Shown: positions 38,811-51,522 of the stretch, piece by piece
Position numbering within the stretch: position 1 is the stretch's first letter
Layout of the letters: each line of letters begins with the position of its first letter
Origin: Mobula hypostoma
Taxonomy: Eukaryota
Direction: 5' to 3'
Length of the DNA: 64,000 nucleotides
Assembly (NCBI RefSeq): GCF_963921235.1
Contig: NC_086108.1
Location: forward strand, 78,370,001 to 78,434,000
The notes under the pieces: generated by a model
Told to the model about the DNA's origin: nothing
Seen by the model: only the letters and a program-made list of their open reading frames with translations
Databases searched by the model: none
Position numbers and translations under genes: made by a program

Positions 38811-39629
38811 GGTGAAAAAATGAACGGCTACCATGACCTAGGTTATTGAATTGATCCTTCAAGTTGCACCAATTTTTGTCATAAATAACTTCTGAAAGTT
38901 GTGTTGTTTATATCAGCCAGAGTAGCCTTGTAGTTTATGACACTGGACCAGTAAACCAAAGGTAACCTCAATTGTCACTATGACAAGTTATAAATCGAGT
39001 TCAAAAATTACATTTTTGTGGAATAACTCTATAAAGCTTATTGATGTTCCATAGCCATAGACTATTTGATGACTCAGATAATTTAACTAGAGCCAATCCA
39101 AACATAAACCAAGTACTGTCGTGTTTTTCCTTACCTGATTCAGATCAGAGGCATTCACAGAATAATGACCTTGGACACTGACACCAAGTTAGACTTGAAA
39201 TCCACACTCATGAAAGGCATACCTAGCTCAGTAAGTCATCCACCTCCCCCACATCAGAAGAAATGTCACCTCTTGACCCTGGCACCAAAGCAAATTTAAA
39301 ACAAACACCCTGGAAACATTTTTCAAACCAGCTGCCTTGCTGAAGATCAGATATGGCTGCTGACACCAAGTAACACTGAAACCAAGACCTACAAGTAACC
39401 CTTTTATCCCAGGTTAAGGCCCTCATCCAATCCCAAGCTGTCTCTATCTTAGCCATGACAAGGATAAAATGCTGACCTATCCTAAATTTAAATGTTTTGG
39501 CAGAATATGACCACCACCATGAACTCTATCTAACATAAACCTGGGTGATCTTCAGGACAGGGTGGCCAGACACATCGCAGGTTTAATTGGGATAAGTAAC
39601 ACCTACTGCCTTACAAACAAAAAATAATA

Positions 39630-39781
39630 TTCAATAGTAGAATTAGGCCATTTGGCCCTTTGAGTTTGCTCTGCCATTTTATCACAGTTGATACAATTTT
39701 CCTCTCAGCACCAATCTCCTGCCTTCTCCCCATATCCCTTCATACCCTGACCAATCAAGAATCTATCAACTATGTGTATAG

Positions 39782-39818
<37 letters not shown>

Positions 39819-41205
39819 ATATATATTATAGTTTCTGTTCACAGAAATAATCACCATCACGATTTAAAATAAAGTGGAAATAATAAAGCGATCAGAAAGA
39901 GGTGAAACACCATCAGTCATTGGAAAAGCGTTAGGCTACAGTCGGTCAACGATCAGAACAATTTTAAAGGATAAAATGAGAAGGGCCTTGCCCGATCAAA
40001 GCTACAATTATTTCTAAGCAACGTAGTGGTTTAATTATTGGGTTTTGGGGTTTCGGGTTTTTGATCCTTCACATCAACCCGGCATGGTTGGAGAGCACAC
40101 TCGGGAGCGCTCTGTCACTGGATCGAACTTGGGAACTTCCGTTCCCGAGCCCAGCGCTGAAACGTACATTTCTTAAGTGTTTTATATGCATAGGAAGGTA
40201 AAATATATGATATATAAAAAGACAAGGCCTCCACAGCTGCCTGTGGCAAAGAATTCCACAGATTCACCGCTCTCGGGCTAAAGAAATTCTTCATCACCAC
40301 TATTCTAAAAGATCGCCCTCTATCCTGAGGCTGTGTTCTCTGGTCGTCAACTCTCCCACATAGGAAACATTCTCTCTACATCCACTCTATCAAGGCTATT
40401 CACCATTCGAAAGGTTTCAATAAGGTTGAATGTTAACATGGCATTTGCCTTCCTCACACAGGCTCAACTTGCAAATTAACCTTTGGCGAAGCTTGCACAA
40501 GGATTCTCTAGTCCCTTTACACCTGAGTTTTTTGTATTTTCTCTCCATTTAGAAAATAGTGAACTCTTTCATTTCTTCGACCAAACTGCATGACCATACA
40601 TTTCCTGACACTGTATTCCATCTGCCATTTCTTTGCCATTTCTTTGCCCTTTCTACTAATCCGTCCATCTGAAGCCTCTCTACTTCCTCAAAACTACCTG
40701 CCCTCCATCTATCTTCATATCTTCTGCAAACTTTGCAAAAAGCCATCAATTCTATCATCCAAATCACTAACATATAATGTAAAAAGAATCTGTTGCAACA
40801 CGGACCCCTGTGGAACACTAGTCACTAGCAGCCAGTCAGAAAAGGCTCCCCTTATTCCCACTCTTTGTCTTCTACCAATCAGCCCCTGCTTTATCCATGC
40901 TAGTATCTCTCCTGTAATACTATGGGCTCATAGCGTGTTAAGCAGCCTCACGTGTGGCAACTTGTTAAAGGCCTTCTGAAAATCCAAGTACACAACATCA
41001 ACCGATTCTCCTTTGTCCGACCTAATGGTTACTTTTTCAAAAAATTCCAACAGAATTGTCAGGCAAGATTTTCCCTTGAGGAAACCACACAGACTACAGC
41101 CTATTTTATCACATGCCCCCAAGTACACTGAGATCTCATCCTTAATAATCAACTCCAACATCTTCCCAACCACTGAGGTCAGACTAACGGGCCTACAGTT
41201 TCCTT
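39630..41205 (-). mobile_element. CR1 LINE with an insert at about 39770-40220
   Basis: GFLKGKSCLTILLEFFEK...VYLDFQKAFNKLPH and CR1 tail at 39630. Confidence 0.8.
39784..40220 (+). repeat. (CA)n microsatellite followed by a Tigger-like HTH fragment
   Basis: (ca)n at 39784-39816. The segment 39870-39980 reads KVEIIKRSERGETPSVIGKALGYSRSTIRTILKDK. Confidence 0.65.
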
Positions 41206-41243
41206 TGTGTAATAACTTACAAAAAATATTTTATGGCACAAAC

Positions 41244-41411
41244 CTTTCACTTTCAGAGTTGTTGACAGTTTGAGAGCTTTGCAATACTATCCATTTGTCT
41301 TTCGCATTCTTCAGATTTCCAGATCTGTTTGGCATATTTGCAGCTTTATTTTGTCCCAGTGCAAAACTGACAACATCAGGATTGTAAGATGAAAGTGCAT
41401 CACTCTCATCC
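41244..41411 (-). CDS. CCDC24: CCDC24 coding exon (168 nt, phase 2 to 2)
   Basis: Acceptor cctttgttttag|G and donor AAG|gtttgt. In frame with the previous exon (AG+G = Arg). DESDALSSYNPDVVSFALG corresponds to human DQAQAWVQYSPRVLHFALE. Confidence 0.88.
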
Positions 41412-41629
41412 CTAAAACAAAGGAAGTGCATATATCAAGACTTTGGCACAAAATACAATATGTCTACTAAAAGTTTGAAAGGTAATGATAACAAACAGGA
41501 ATAAGACTTTTTCAGAATCTACTTCTTTCCTCTCTCTATCTCTCTCCCCATGCATCCATAAGAAAGTAAAAAGTTTTGTAAATTTCAACCCCTTTTTAAG
41601 TATAATAATAGTTTAGAAATTCTTTCAGA

Positions 41630-42920
41630 AACTATAAAGCTAAAGATATAGGAGCAGAATTAGGCATTTGGCCAGTCAAGTCTGCTCCGTCATTTCATCA
41701 CAGCTGTTCCAATTTTCCTCACAGCCCCGGTCTCCTGCTTTCTCGCCATATCCTGACCAATCAAGAACCCATCAACCTCTGCCTTAGATGTAAATAAAGA
41801 TTTGACCACCACATCTGCCAGTGGCAAAGACTTCCACAGATTCACCACTCTTGGGCTAAAGAAATTCCTCCTCCTTTCCGTTCTGAAAGAATGTCCCTCT
41901 ATTCTGAAGCTCTGTTCTCAGTTCTTAGATTCTTCACACCCACTCTATCAAGGCCCTTTACCATTCAGTAGGCATCAATGAGGTCACCCCTCATTCTTCT
42001 GAATTCTAGTGAATACAGAGCCAGAGCCATCAAACACTCTTCATATGACAAGCCATTCAAACCTGGAACCAGATTTGTGAACCTCCTTTGAACACTCTCC
42101 AGTTTCAGCACATCCTTTATAAGCTAAGGGGCCCAAAGCTACTCACAATACTCCAAGTGAGGCCTCACCCTGCTTTATAAAGTTTCAACATTACATCCTT
42201 GCTTTTATATTCTAGTCCTCTTGAAATGAATGCTAACATTCATTGTGCCTTTCTCATCACACACTCAACCTGCAAATTCATCTTTAGGAATTCTGCACAA
42301 GGTCTCCCAAGTCCTTTCGCACCTGAGTTTTTTTTTTGTATTTTCTCTCCATTTAGAAAATAGTCAACCTCTTCATTTCTTCTACCAACATGCATGACCA
42401 AACACTTCCCGACAATGTATTCCATCTGCCATTTCTTTGCCCGTCAGAACTACCCACCCCTCCACCCATCTTCATATCGCCTGCAAACTTTGCAAAAAAA
42501 CCATCAATTCCATCATCCAAATCATTGACACATAACATAAAAAAAGAATCGGTCCCAACACAGACCCCTGTGGAACACTAGTCACTGGCAGCCAGTCAGA
42601 AAAGGCTCCCTTTATTCCCACTCTTTGTCTTCTACCAAGCAGTCACTGCTTTATCCATGTTAGTATCTTTCCTGTAATACCACGGGCTTGTAGCTTGTTA
42701 AACAGCCTCACGTGTGGCACCTTCTCAAAGACCTTCTGAAAATCCAAGTACACATCAACTGATTCTCCTTCATCTATCCTGCTTGTTACTTCTTCAAAGA
42801 ATTCTAACAGATTTGTCAGGCAAGATTTTCCTTTGAGGAAACCATGCTGATTACGGCCTATTTTATCGTGTACCTCCAAGTACCATGAGACCATATCCTT
42901 AATAATCGACTCCACATCTT
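41630..42920 (-). mobile_element. CR1 LINE, 5'-truncated
   Basis: NQHGFLKGKSCLTNLLEFFEEVTSRIDEGE and VNDLDDGIDGFFAKFA. Tail at 41630. Confidence 0.88.
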
Positions 42921-45900
42921 CCTAGCATATGTTCCAGAACTTCCAGAACAAATTGGTCATCTATTGAAATATCAAAACCTAAACTATCAGTCAAATCTAA
43001 CACAAGTCCAGGTCAACAATATTGGAAGAATGTGTAAGGCAGGGGTGGTGAACTTTTTTGAGAGCATGTGTCCAAAATGACAAAAAAGAATGAGCTCTGC
43101 TGGTTATTTATGTCTATTCATCGCTTTACTCTTAATAAAAGTATAACAGAGACCTTGAAATAAATGAAGCACTATAGAAAGCTGTTCAAAAACTCACACT
43201 AATCTTTTAAAAAGACAATTGAAAAAGTAATATTTCTAAATAGTACTGATTTATGTAAACATTTACTATCCAAATACTGATGTATACATCAGGTTTGTTG
43301 AAATTCGAAATGTATCATCCAATGTCACATGTTCTTGCAACTGTCTAACTGGTGCCAAGCAGGTGTGGAATGGTTCCTGTGAAAACATCTCACTGCTCTC
43401 AGATTGTAAAAATTTATTCATTGCTTCATTTGGCAGAAAAGATCATTATTATGATTTTTATTTATGGGTGGGGTTTAAAGAATTGAGTACTGGCACTGCA
43501 GACGTGTGTGAACAAACCTCCTGGTGTTCCATATTGGTACCTCACCCTTGATGAGGTGCATGAATGTTTACATAATGATTTAAAATCACTTGTATCAGTT
43601 GCATAAAGATCAAGATCTTTCATAAGATTTAGTATGTAACACTACTTTTCAACTGAGCGTCATTGAATGATCGACTGCAAGTTCACACAGCTGCCTGCAT
43701 TTAGTCTCTCAGACATTAATTCTGCAGCCAATTCTCAAAAGGGCAGAATCCCATGGTGGAAACACTCTTATAGTGATGAGGATTACTGCTATTGAATCAA
43801 TTAATTTTCCAATTATAGGAGAGATAGCACAAAGTTCTTAAGATCTCAGAAGACATCTCACCAGAGATGGTGAGGAACAGTGCCCACTGAATGTACTCTC
43901 TTTTTACATTAAAATTATCCAAACTAGCCTCCCCTCTATTAATATCATCTACACCTTCTGCTGAGGCAGAAAAGTACACAACATAATCAAGGACCCCTCC
44001 TACCTTCATTCTCTCTTCAAACCACCCCAATCAGACAGAAAACACAAAAGCTTGACAATAGATCCCTTCAGGCTCAAGTATAGTGGGATAGAAGCTGTTA
44101 TCAGACTCTAACGCACCTCTCACACAAAAGGATGAACTCTTGATCTCCCAACATCTTCTGTCAGAGCTCTTGCACTTTATTTCACCGCCTACACCACATT
44201 TTCTGAAATTCTAAAACTATATTCTCCATTCTGTATTTCCTTTTTACTCTCTCTTGGTATACGTGTCAGTAATAAAGCAAACCCAACTCCCAGTACAGAG
44301 AGGCAATCTTAGAGGGTGGTCACGAAGGAGATCACTGGATCAATGTTGTCATGCAATCGCGGGCCTTTGAAAAATCTTGAAACACATGCAAATACCTTGG
44401 CCTGCTCTACCTGTTCCTATTATCTGAAAGAAAAACAAATTAAGTCTTCTTGTAATATGGAGTTTGTGTGATCTCCCAAATGCAGCAACAGTGAGGCATT
44501 ACAAAGATCAACATCAGCGACGTAGACACAGTAGAAGTGTTCCCACGCAGGTCTGAAGCACAGTCGGAAACACTTAATCCCTATATAAAAATAAAAGAGG
44601 TACCATCTAGTGAAGCTGTCAACGTGGAAGTGCCGAGTCAGTGTGGTAAAGCTTTGGCGAGAACAGGCAGCGGTGAGGTAAGTAGGCAAGTTAATTGCTT
44701 ATTTCTTTTTCTTATTTAACATTTGAAAGAATAGGGGGTATGTCTGCAGGGCCAGTATTCTGGGTGTCACATGTAGGAATCTCAGGAGATTACCAGGCTC
44801 TCTGATGGCCACATCTGCATCAAGTGTATGGAGATGCTGGTCCTTAGAGACTGCGTTAGAGAACTGGAGATGCAGCTCGATGATCCTTGGCTTGTTAGGG
44901 AAAGTGAGGAGGGGATAGACATGACTTACAGGGAGGTAGTCACCCCAAGACTACAGGATACAGATAAATGGGTGACTGTCAAGAGAGAGAACGGAAAATG
45001 TCAGATAGTAGAGAGCACACCTGTGGCCGTCCTCTTCAACAATACGTCCTCCATTTTAAGTACTGTTGGTGGGGGGGAGACGACCTACCTTGGGGAAGTA
45101 ACAGTGGCCATGCCTCTGTCACTGAGTCTGGCCCCATGGCTCAGAAGGGTAGGGAACTGAAGAGCATGGCAACAGTAAAAGGGGACTCTACAGTTTGGAG
45201 GACAGATAGGTGATTCTGTGGATGCAAAAAAGAAACACGGATGGTAGTTTGCCTCCCAGGTGCCAGGGTCTGTGATGTTTCTGAACGCTTCCATCATATC
45301 CTGGAAGGGGAGGGTGAGCAGCTCTAAATTATGGTACATATTGGTACCAACAACATAATTTTTTAAAAAGGGAGGAGGTCCAGAAAACGGAATACAGAGA
45401 GTTAGGAAAGAAGTTGAGAAGCAGGACCTCAAGGGTAGTAATCTCGGAATTGCTGCCAGTGCCACCCGACAATTAGGATAGGAATAGAATGAGGTAACAG
45501 ATAAATGCGTGGCTGAAGAATTACAGCAGGGGGCAGATTTCCGATTCCTGGATCATTAGGCCCTCTTCTGGGCAAGTATGACCTGTACAAGAGTGACGGG
45601 TTGCACTTGAACCCGAGGGGGACCAATATCCTTGCAAGCGAGGCTTGCTAAAGCTGTTGGGAGGGTTTTAAACTAATATGGCAGGGGGATGGGAACCGGG
45701 ATGTTAGAACTGAGGATCAGCTAGCTGGTTTACAAGTAGATGATGGGTGTAATATGAATGGGAGGACAAGCCAATGACTGGATACATATGCAGATAATGC
45801 AGAGTTAAATTGTACCATGGAGGCAAGATTCAAAAGGGTGAAGAATGCAGGACTGAAGATGCTGTATTTAAATGCATGTAGTATTTGGAATAAGGTGGAT

Positions 45901-45987
45901 GAACTCGTGGTGCAATTAGAAATTGGGCGATATGATTTTGTGGGCTGAGTCGTGGCTGAAAGAAGGACATAATTGGGAGCTTATATT

Positions 45988-47730
45988 CAGACACAACTCT
46001 CCACCAACAATACATACAGCTTATGACAAGTCTGCACACCATCGCAGACTTAAAAGCTAAATGCAGTGGAGTTTCCAACATCACTGCCTCTCTCCCAAAT
46101 AAGCTAACTCTTTCTGACGATCGATTCAATGTTGCCAACACTGAGCCCCTGTGGAATCCTGCAGCTGATGCGACCAGCAGCTTGGTCATCTCTGAGGCCA
46201 AAGTATGCAAGTGTTTCCAACGAGTGGACAGTCGCAAGGCTGTGGGACCAGACGGCCTCCAAGGGCAAGAACCCAAGGGTGTGCACGGCACAACTGGCAA
46301 GTACGTTTACAGATATTTTTAACCTCTCCCTCTCCCAGTGTAGAGTGCCCTTCTGCTTCAAAACATCCACTATTGTCCCTGTACCTAAAAAGACCAAGGT
46401 AACATGTCTGAATGACTGGCATCCTGTCACACTCACCTCAAGAATAAGCAAATGCTTTGACAGGCTGGTCAAGAACACATCTGCAGCATGATGCCACCCA
46501 CACTGGAGCCCCTACAATTCACCTACCGACACAACTGATCAACAGACAACACAATAGCCACAGCTCTACACACCGTCCTTAACACATCTGGAGAAGAAGA
46601 ATACTTATGTGAGAATGCTGTTCTTGGACTACAGTTCAGTATTCAACACCATAATTCCCTCTAGGCTCAACAAGAAGCTCAGAGACCTCGGCCTTCACCC
46701 TGCCTTGTGTAGCTGGATCCTGGACTTCCTGTCAGATTGCTGGCAGGTGGTAAGAGTGGGCTCCCTCACCTCTGCCCCTCTGACCCTCAACATAAGCGCC
46801 CCTCAATGCTGCATCCTGTGTCCTAAGTCCCCTCCTTTACTCTCTGTATACCCACGACTGTGTCACCACCCACAGTTCCACTCTGCTAATTAAATTTGCT
46901 GATGACACTACACTGATTGGCCTAATCTCAAATAATAATGAGGCAGCCTCCAGAGAAGTCATCACCCTGACATAGTAGTGTCCAGAAAACAACCTCTCTC
47001 TCAATGTCACAAAAACAAAGGAGCTGGTTGTGGACCACAGGAGGAATGGAGACAGGCTAACCCCTGTTGACATCAATGGATCTGGGGTTGAAAGGGTGAA
47101 CAGCTTTAAGTTCCTTAGCATAAACATCACTGAGGATCTCACATGCTCTGTACATACCAGCTGTGTAGTGAAAAGGCACAACAGCACTTCTTTCACCTCA
47201 GACAGTTAAAGATGTTTGGTTTGGGCCTCCAAATCCTAAGAACTTTCTACAGGGGCACAATTGAGAGCATCCTGACTGGCTGCATCACTGCCTGGTATTG
47301 GAACTGTACTTCCCTTATTTGCAGGAGTCTGCAGAGTTGTACAGACAGCCCAGTTCATCTGTAGAGGTGAACTTAACACTATTCAGGACATTTACAAAGA
47401 TAGGTGTGTAAAAAAGGCCCAAAGGATCACTGGGGACCCAAGTCACCCCAAGCACAAACTGTTCCAGCTGCTACCATCTGGAAACAATACTGCAGTATAA
47501 AAGCCAGGACCAACAAGCTCCAGGACAGCTGCTTCCACCAGGCCATCAGACTGATTAATTCGTGCTGATACTATTGTATTTCTATGTTATATTGACTGTC
47601 CTGTTGCACATACTATGTATTATAAATTACTATAAGTTGCACATTGCACAATTAGACGGAGACGTAACGTAAAGATTTTTACTCCTGATGTACGTGAAGG
47701 ATGTAAGTAATAAAGTCAATTCAATTCAAT
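45988..47730 (+). mobile_element. Rex1/Babar LINE nested in the CR1 endonuclease
   Basis: [41 protein letters not shown] and KFADDTT. aataaa plus (ttcaa)n tail. Confidence 0.9.
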
Positions 47731-48452
47731 AATATCAAATGATATACTTTGTATTGAAAGGACATACAGGAAGGCATAGACAGTGGTGTGGTTCTGTTGG
47801 TATGAGATGAAATTATACCTTTAGAAAGAAGTGACATAGGATCAGAGAATGTCAAATCTTTGTGAGTGGACTTAAGAAGCTGCAAGGGTTAAGAAAAAAA
47901 ATGGGAATCATATATAGGCCTCCAAATAGTAGCCAAGATGTGAGGTTGAGACTGCAGAGGGAGCGGGAAAGGGCATATAATAGGGGTAATGTCATAATTG
48001 TAATGGGGGACTTCAATATGCAAGGGGATTAAGAAAATCAGGTTGGTATCAGATCGCAAGAGAGGGAATTTGTTGAATGTCTATAAGATGGCTTTTTAGA
48101 GCAGTTTATGCTTGAGCCTACTTGGGGAAAGGTTATCTTAGATTGTGTAATAATCCAGATTTTATTAGGGATCTTAAGGTAAAGGAACCCTTATGAGACA
48201 GTGATCACAATATGATTGAATTCATACTGCAATTTGAGAGGTAGAAGTACAAGTCAGATTTATCAGTATCACAGTGGAATAAAGGCAATTACAGAGGCAT
48301 GAGAGAGGAGCTTGTCCAGGTGGATTGGAGGGGGATACTGGCGGGGATGACAGAAGAACGTAGGTGGCTGAAGTTTCTAGGAATAGCTCACAAGGTGCAG
48401 TATTGTTCTCAAATGGCAGGTCTAGGCAACTGTGGCTAACAAGGGAAGTAAG

Positions 48453-50351
48453 CATAGTTCCCCCTAAGCTGAGCGCGTGTGCGCGCGCACACACGTTTTT
48501 CAACCAGCGCACAAAGGAAATTAATGTGCACACTAAAGGTTAGTTACCTAAAATAATGTAGTAGTTAATAATTATACTTATTGAAAATAATCTTTTAGCT
48601 AACTGTTTCTGTTAACTAGTTAGTCGTTTTTTTAAATACCACAATGCACGTCACTTATTTACATCACCTCACCTTTCCTGTTCTGGTTTGTACAGCTGCA
48701 TCACCGTGGCAGCCATCTTTGGTGGACAGTGTTCATATCGTAAAGTTTACAAAGATCTGTTTCAAATCCTGTAGATGGCTTACTATGTTTTTATTGGAAA
48801 AAATATTGATTCACTATGTCGAATTCAAAAGAAGCGAAAGGCGTGAAGCGCAAAAGAACTGCAAATTTGTTTAAAGTTGAATGGCTTAATAAAATAGTAG
48901 AAACTGTTACACCAAAAGCTCATGAGGTTATGAACGTTCAGCTACGAGAAATATTTATATATGATTCAGAAACTGGAGTTATCTGTTTGTATTGTCGTGA
49001 TGTGAAAGTTGCTGGAGAATTTGCTAGTGGACAGAAGTGGGATCATATTTGGAAACTTGACTTTTTGAAACGTCATTTGACAAGTAAATCGCATTTGGAC
49101 AATGTATAAAAGCTCAGGCAACAGAACCTGTCATTACCCGTTACAGGAGTGCTACGCATGTTACGGTTGAGTGCAGGTGAGCGAGAGAGAAAACGATCAA
49201 ACCCAGAGGAGATCAAAGTTGAGCTACAAGAATGGTCAGCTTTTGATTTCTCCACAATTGCAGATTGTGACTTCACATTTGGCGATGAACAAGTTATTGC
49301 CTTATGTCTAAAATATCATGATTTTCTAGCTGAAAATATTGTAATAGTTAGACAGTTTAATTATTTCAAATTTTCCATGCAAGAAAAAATTAAATCCAAA
49401 CCGATTTCTAACTTTGTTCAAATAGTGGCATTTGTACTTCAAAATGAACAGTTTTGTGACCTTGCACAGTTGATGGACATTGGGGGAACCTTTCTTGCGT
49501 CTAGTGCGGAGTGTGAGTGAGATTTTAGCCTAATGAATCAACTCAAAAACAAGCTGAGAAACCGTTTAGGTGAATGTCATTTGGATATGTTAATGAGAAT
49601 CAAAAGCTATCAATGGGATGGAAGTTCTATTAGTCGGGATAGAGTTTACAAAGAATGGGTAAATGCCAAAGACAGGAGAGAGAAAAAATAACTGAGTGAC
49701 TTAAATATGATAAAAATTAAATATCTCCAACCTGATGGCATGAATATTGACTTCTCTAACTTCTGTTATTGCCCCTCCTCCCCTTCATACCCCATCCCTT
49801 ATTTATTATTTTTTTTTCCTTCCCCTTTTTTTCCTCTCTTTTTTCTCCCTCTGTCCCTCTCACTATAACTCCTTACCCATCCTCTGGGCTTCCCCCCTCC
49901 CCTTTCTTTCTCCCTAGGCCTCCCGTCCCATGAACCTCTCCCTTCTCCAGCCTCGTATCCCTTTTGCCAATCAACTTTCCAGCTCTTAGCTCCAACCCTC
50001 CCCCTCCTGTCTTCTCCTACCATTTTGGATCTTCCCCCTCCCCCTCCCCCTCCCACTTTCAAATCTCTTACTATTTCTTCTTTCAGTTAGTCCTGACAAA
50101 GGGTCTCAGCCCGAAATGTTGACTGTACCTCTTCCTACAGATGCTGCCTGGCCTGCTGTGTTCACCAGCATATTTTGAGTGTGTGACTTAAATATGTATG
50201 TAATTTTGTTGTTATTCTGTGCAGTTTTATAAACCTATATAAACTGTCCCATGTGTGCATTTAGTGTGCATATACTTTTGTCACAGGAAAAAAATTTGCA
50301 AAACATAAGATATTTGCGCACAATGACTACTAATAATTAGAGGGAACATTG
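48453..50351 (+). mobile_element. hAT transposon (ZNF862/C17orf113-like zinc finger), internally deleted
   Basis: TIRs catagttccccctaa and ttagagggaacattg. Perfect 8-bp TSD gaagtaag. N-terminal CLYC...LKRHLTSKSH and C-terminal ASSAECE*DFSLMNQLKNKLRNRL. Confidence 0.9.
49710..50182 (+). mobile_element. Penelope-like 3' end nested in hAT
   Basis: 14-bp TSD gtgacttaaatatg (49696-49709 and 50183-50196). Mutated hammerhead at about 50089-50124. Confidence 0.88.
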
Positions 50352-51522
50352 GAAGTAAGGACTGTATAAAAGCCAAGGAAAGGGCGTATAATGTAGAAAA
50401 AGTGAGTGGGAAGTTGGATGCTTGGGAAGCTTTTAAAATCCAACAAAAGGCAACTAAAAAAGCTATAAGAAGGGAAAAGATGAAATACTAGTGCAAACTA
50501 GCCAATAATATAAAGCAGGGTTCTAAAGGCTTTCCAGTTATATAAAGAGTAAAAGGGAGGTGAGAGTTGATATTGGACCACTGAAAAATGATGCTGGTGA
50601 GGTAGTAATAGAGGGACAAAGAAATGGAGGATGTATTTAATAAGTACTATGCATTGGTCTTCATTGTGGAAAACACTAGCAGTGTGCCAGAGGTCCGTGA
50701 GTGTCAGGGAGCGAGAGTGAGTGCCATTGCTATTACAAAGGATAAATCACCCGGATTACATGGACTACATTCCAGAGTTCTGAAAGAGGTTTGCTAAAGA
50801 GCGGGCAGATCCATTGGTTATGATCTTTCAAGAATCACTTGATTCTGGCATGGTTCCAGAAAACTGGAAAATTGCAATTGTCACTCCACTCTTTAAGAAG
50901 AAAGGAAGGCAAAAGAAAGGAAAGTTAGCCTAACCTCAATGCTTGGGAAAGTGTTGGAGTCCATTGTTAAGGATGAGGTTTCAGGGTACTTGGAAACCAA
51001 TGATAAAATAAGTCAAAGTCAGCATGGTTTCTGTAAAGGGAAATATTGCCTGACAAATCTGTTAGCAATCTTTGAGGAAGTAACAAACAGGGTGGACAAA
51101 GGAGAGAGTATGGATGTCATTTTCTTGGATTTTCAGAAAGCATTTGATTATATGATGCTGCTTAACAAGATAAAATCCCATGGCATTATAGAAAAGATAC
51201 TGGCATGGATAGAGGAATGGCTGACAGACAGGAGGCAACAAGTGGTTGGCTGCCTGTGACTAGTGGTGTTCATCAGGGGTCAGTATTGGGACTGCTTCTT
51301 TTCACATTGTTTGTCAATGATTTGGATAATGGAATTGATGGCTTTGTGGCAAAGCTTGTAGATGATACCAAGAAAGATGAAAGGGTAGGTAGTGCTGAGG
51401 AAGCAATGCAATTGCAGCATAACTTAGACAAATTGGAAAAACGGGCAAAAATGTGGAAGATGGAATACAGTGGTAAGAAGTGTATGATAATGCATTTTGG
51501 TAAAAGAAACAAAAAAGTGCAG

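Larger units (their letters stand above)
44590..51522 (+). mobile_element. Long CR1 LINE (ORF1 with SGNH esterase, endonuclease, RT) split by two insertions
   Basis: ORF1: GDSTV..VVCLPGARV..VHIGTN..DGLHLN. Endonuclease: YLNACSIWNK and MGDFN. RT at 50939-51510. Confidence 0.88.

Noticed and set aside
43270..43445. Protein-like minus-strand frame (SESSEMFSQEPFHTCLAPVRQL)
   Set aside because: Bounded by stops, no convincing donor site and no similarity to CCDC24.
44397..44424. Good minus-strand acceptor giving a 28-nt exon (IIGTGRAGQ)
   Set aside because: Not phase-compatible with the flanking CCDC24 exons, which already join colinearly with the homologue.
27780..50124. Other hammerhead-like motifs (about 27780, 31799, 32514, 37893, 50089)
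   Set aside because: The catalytic core or cleavage triplet is mutated, so they are not called as ribozymes.
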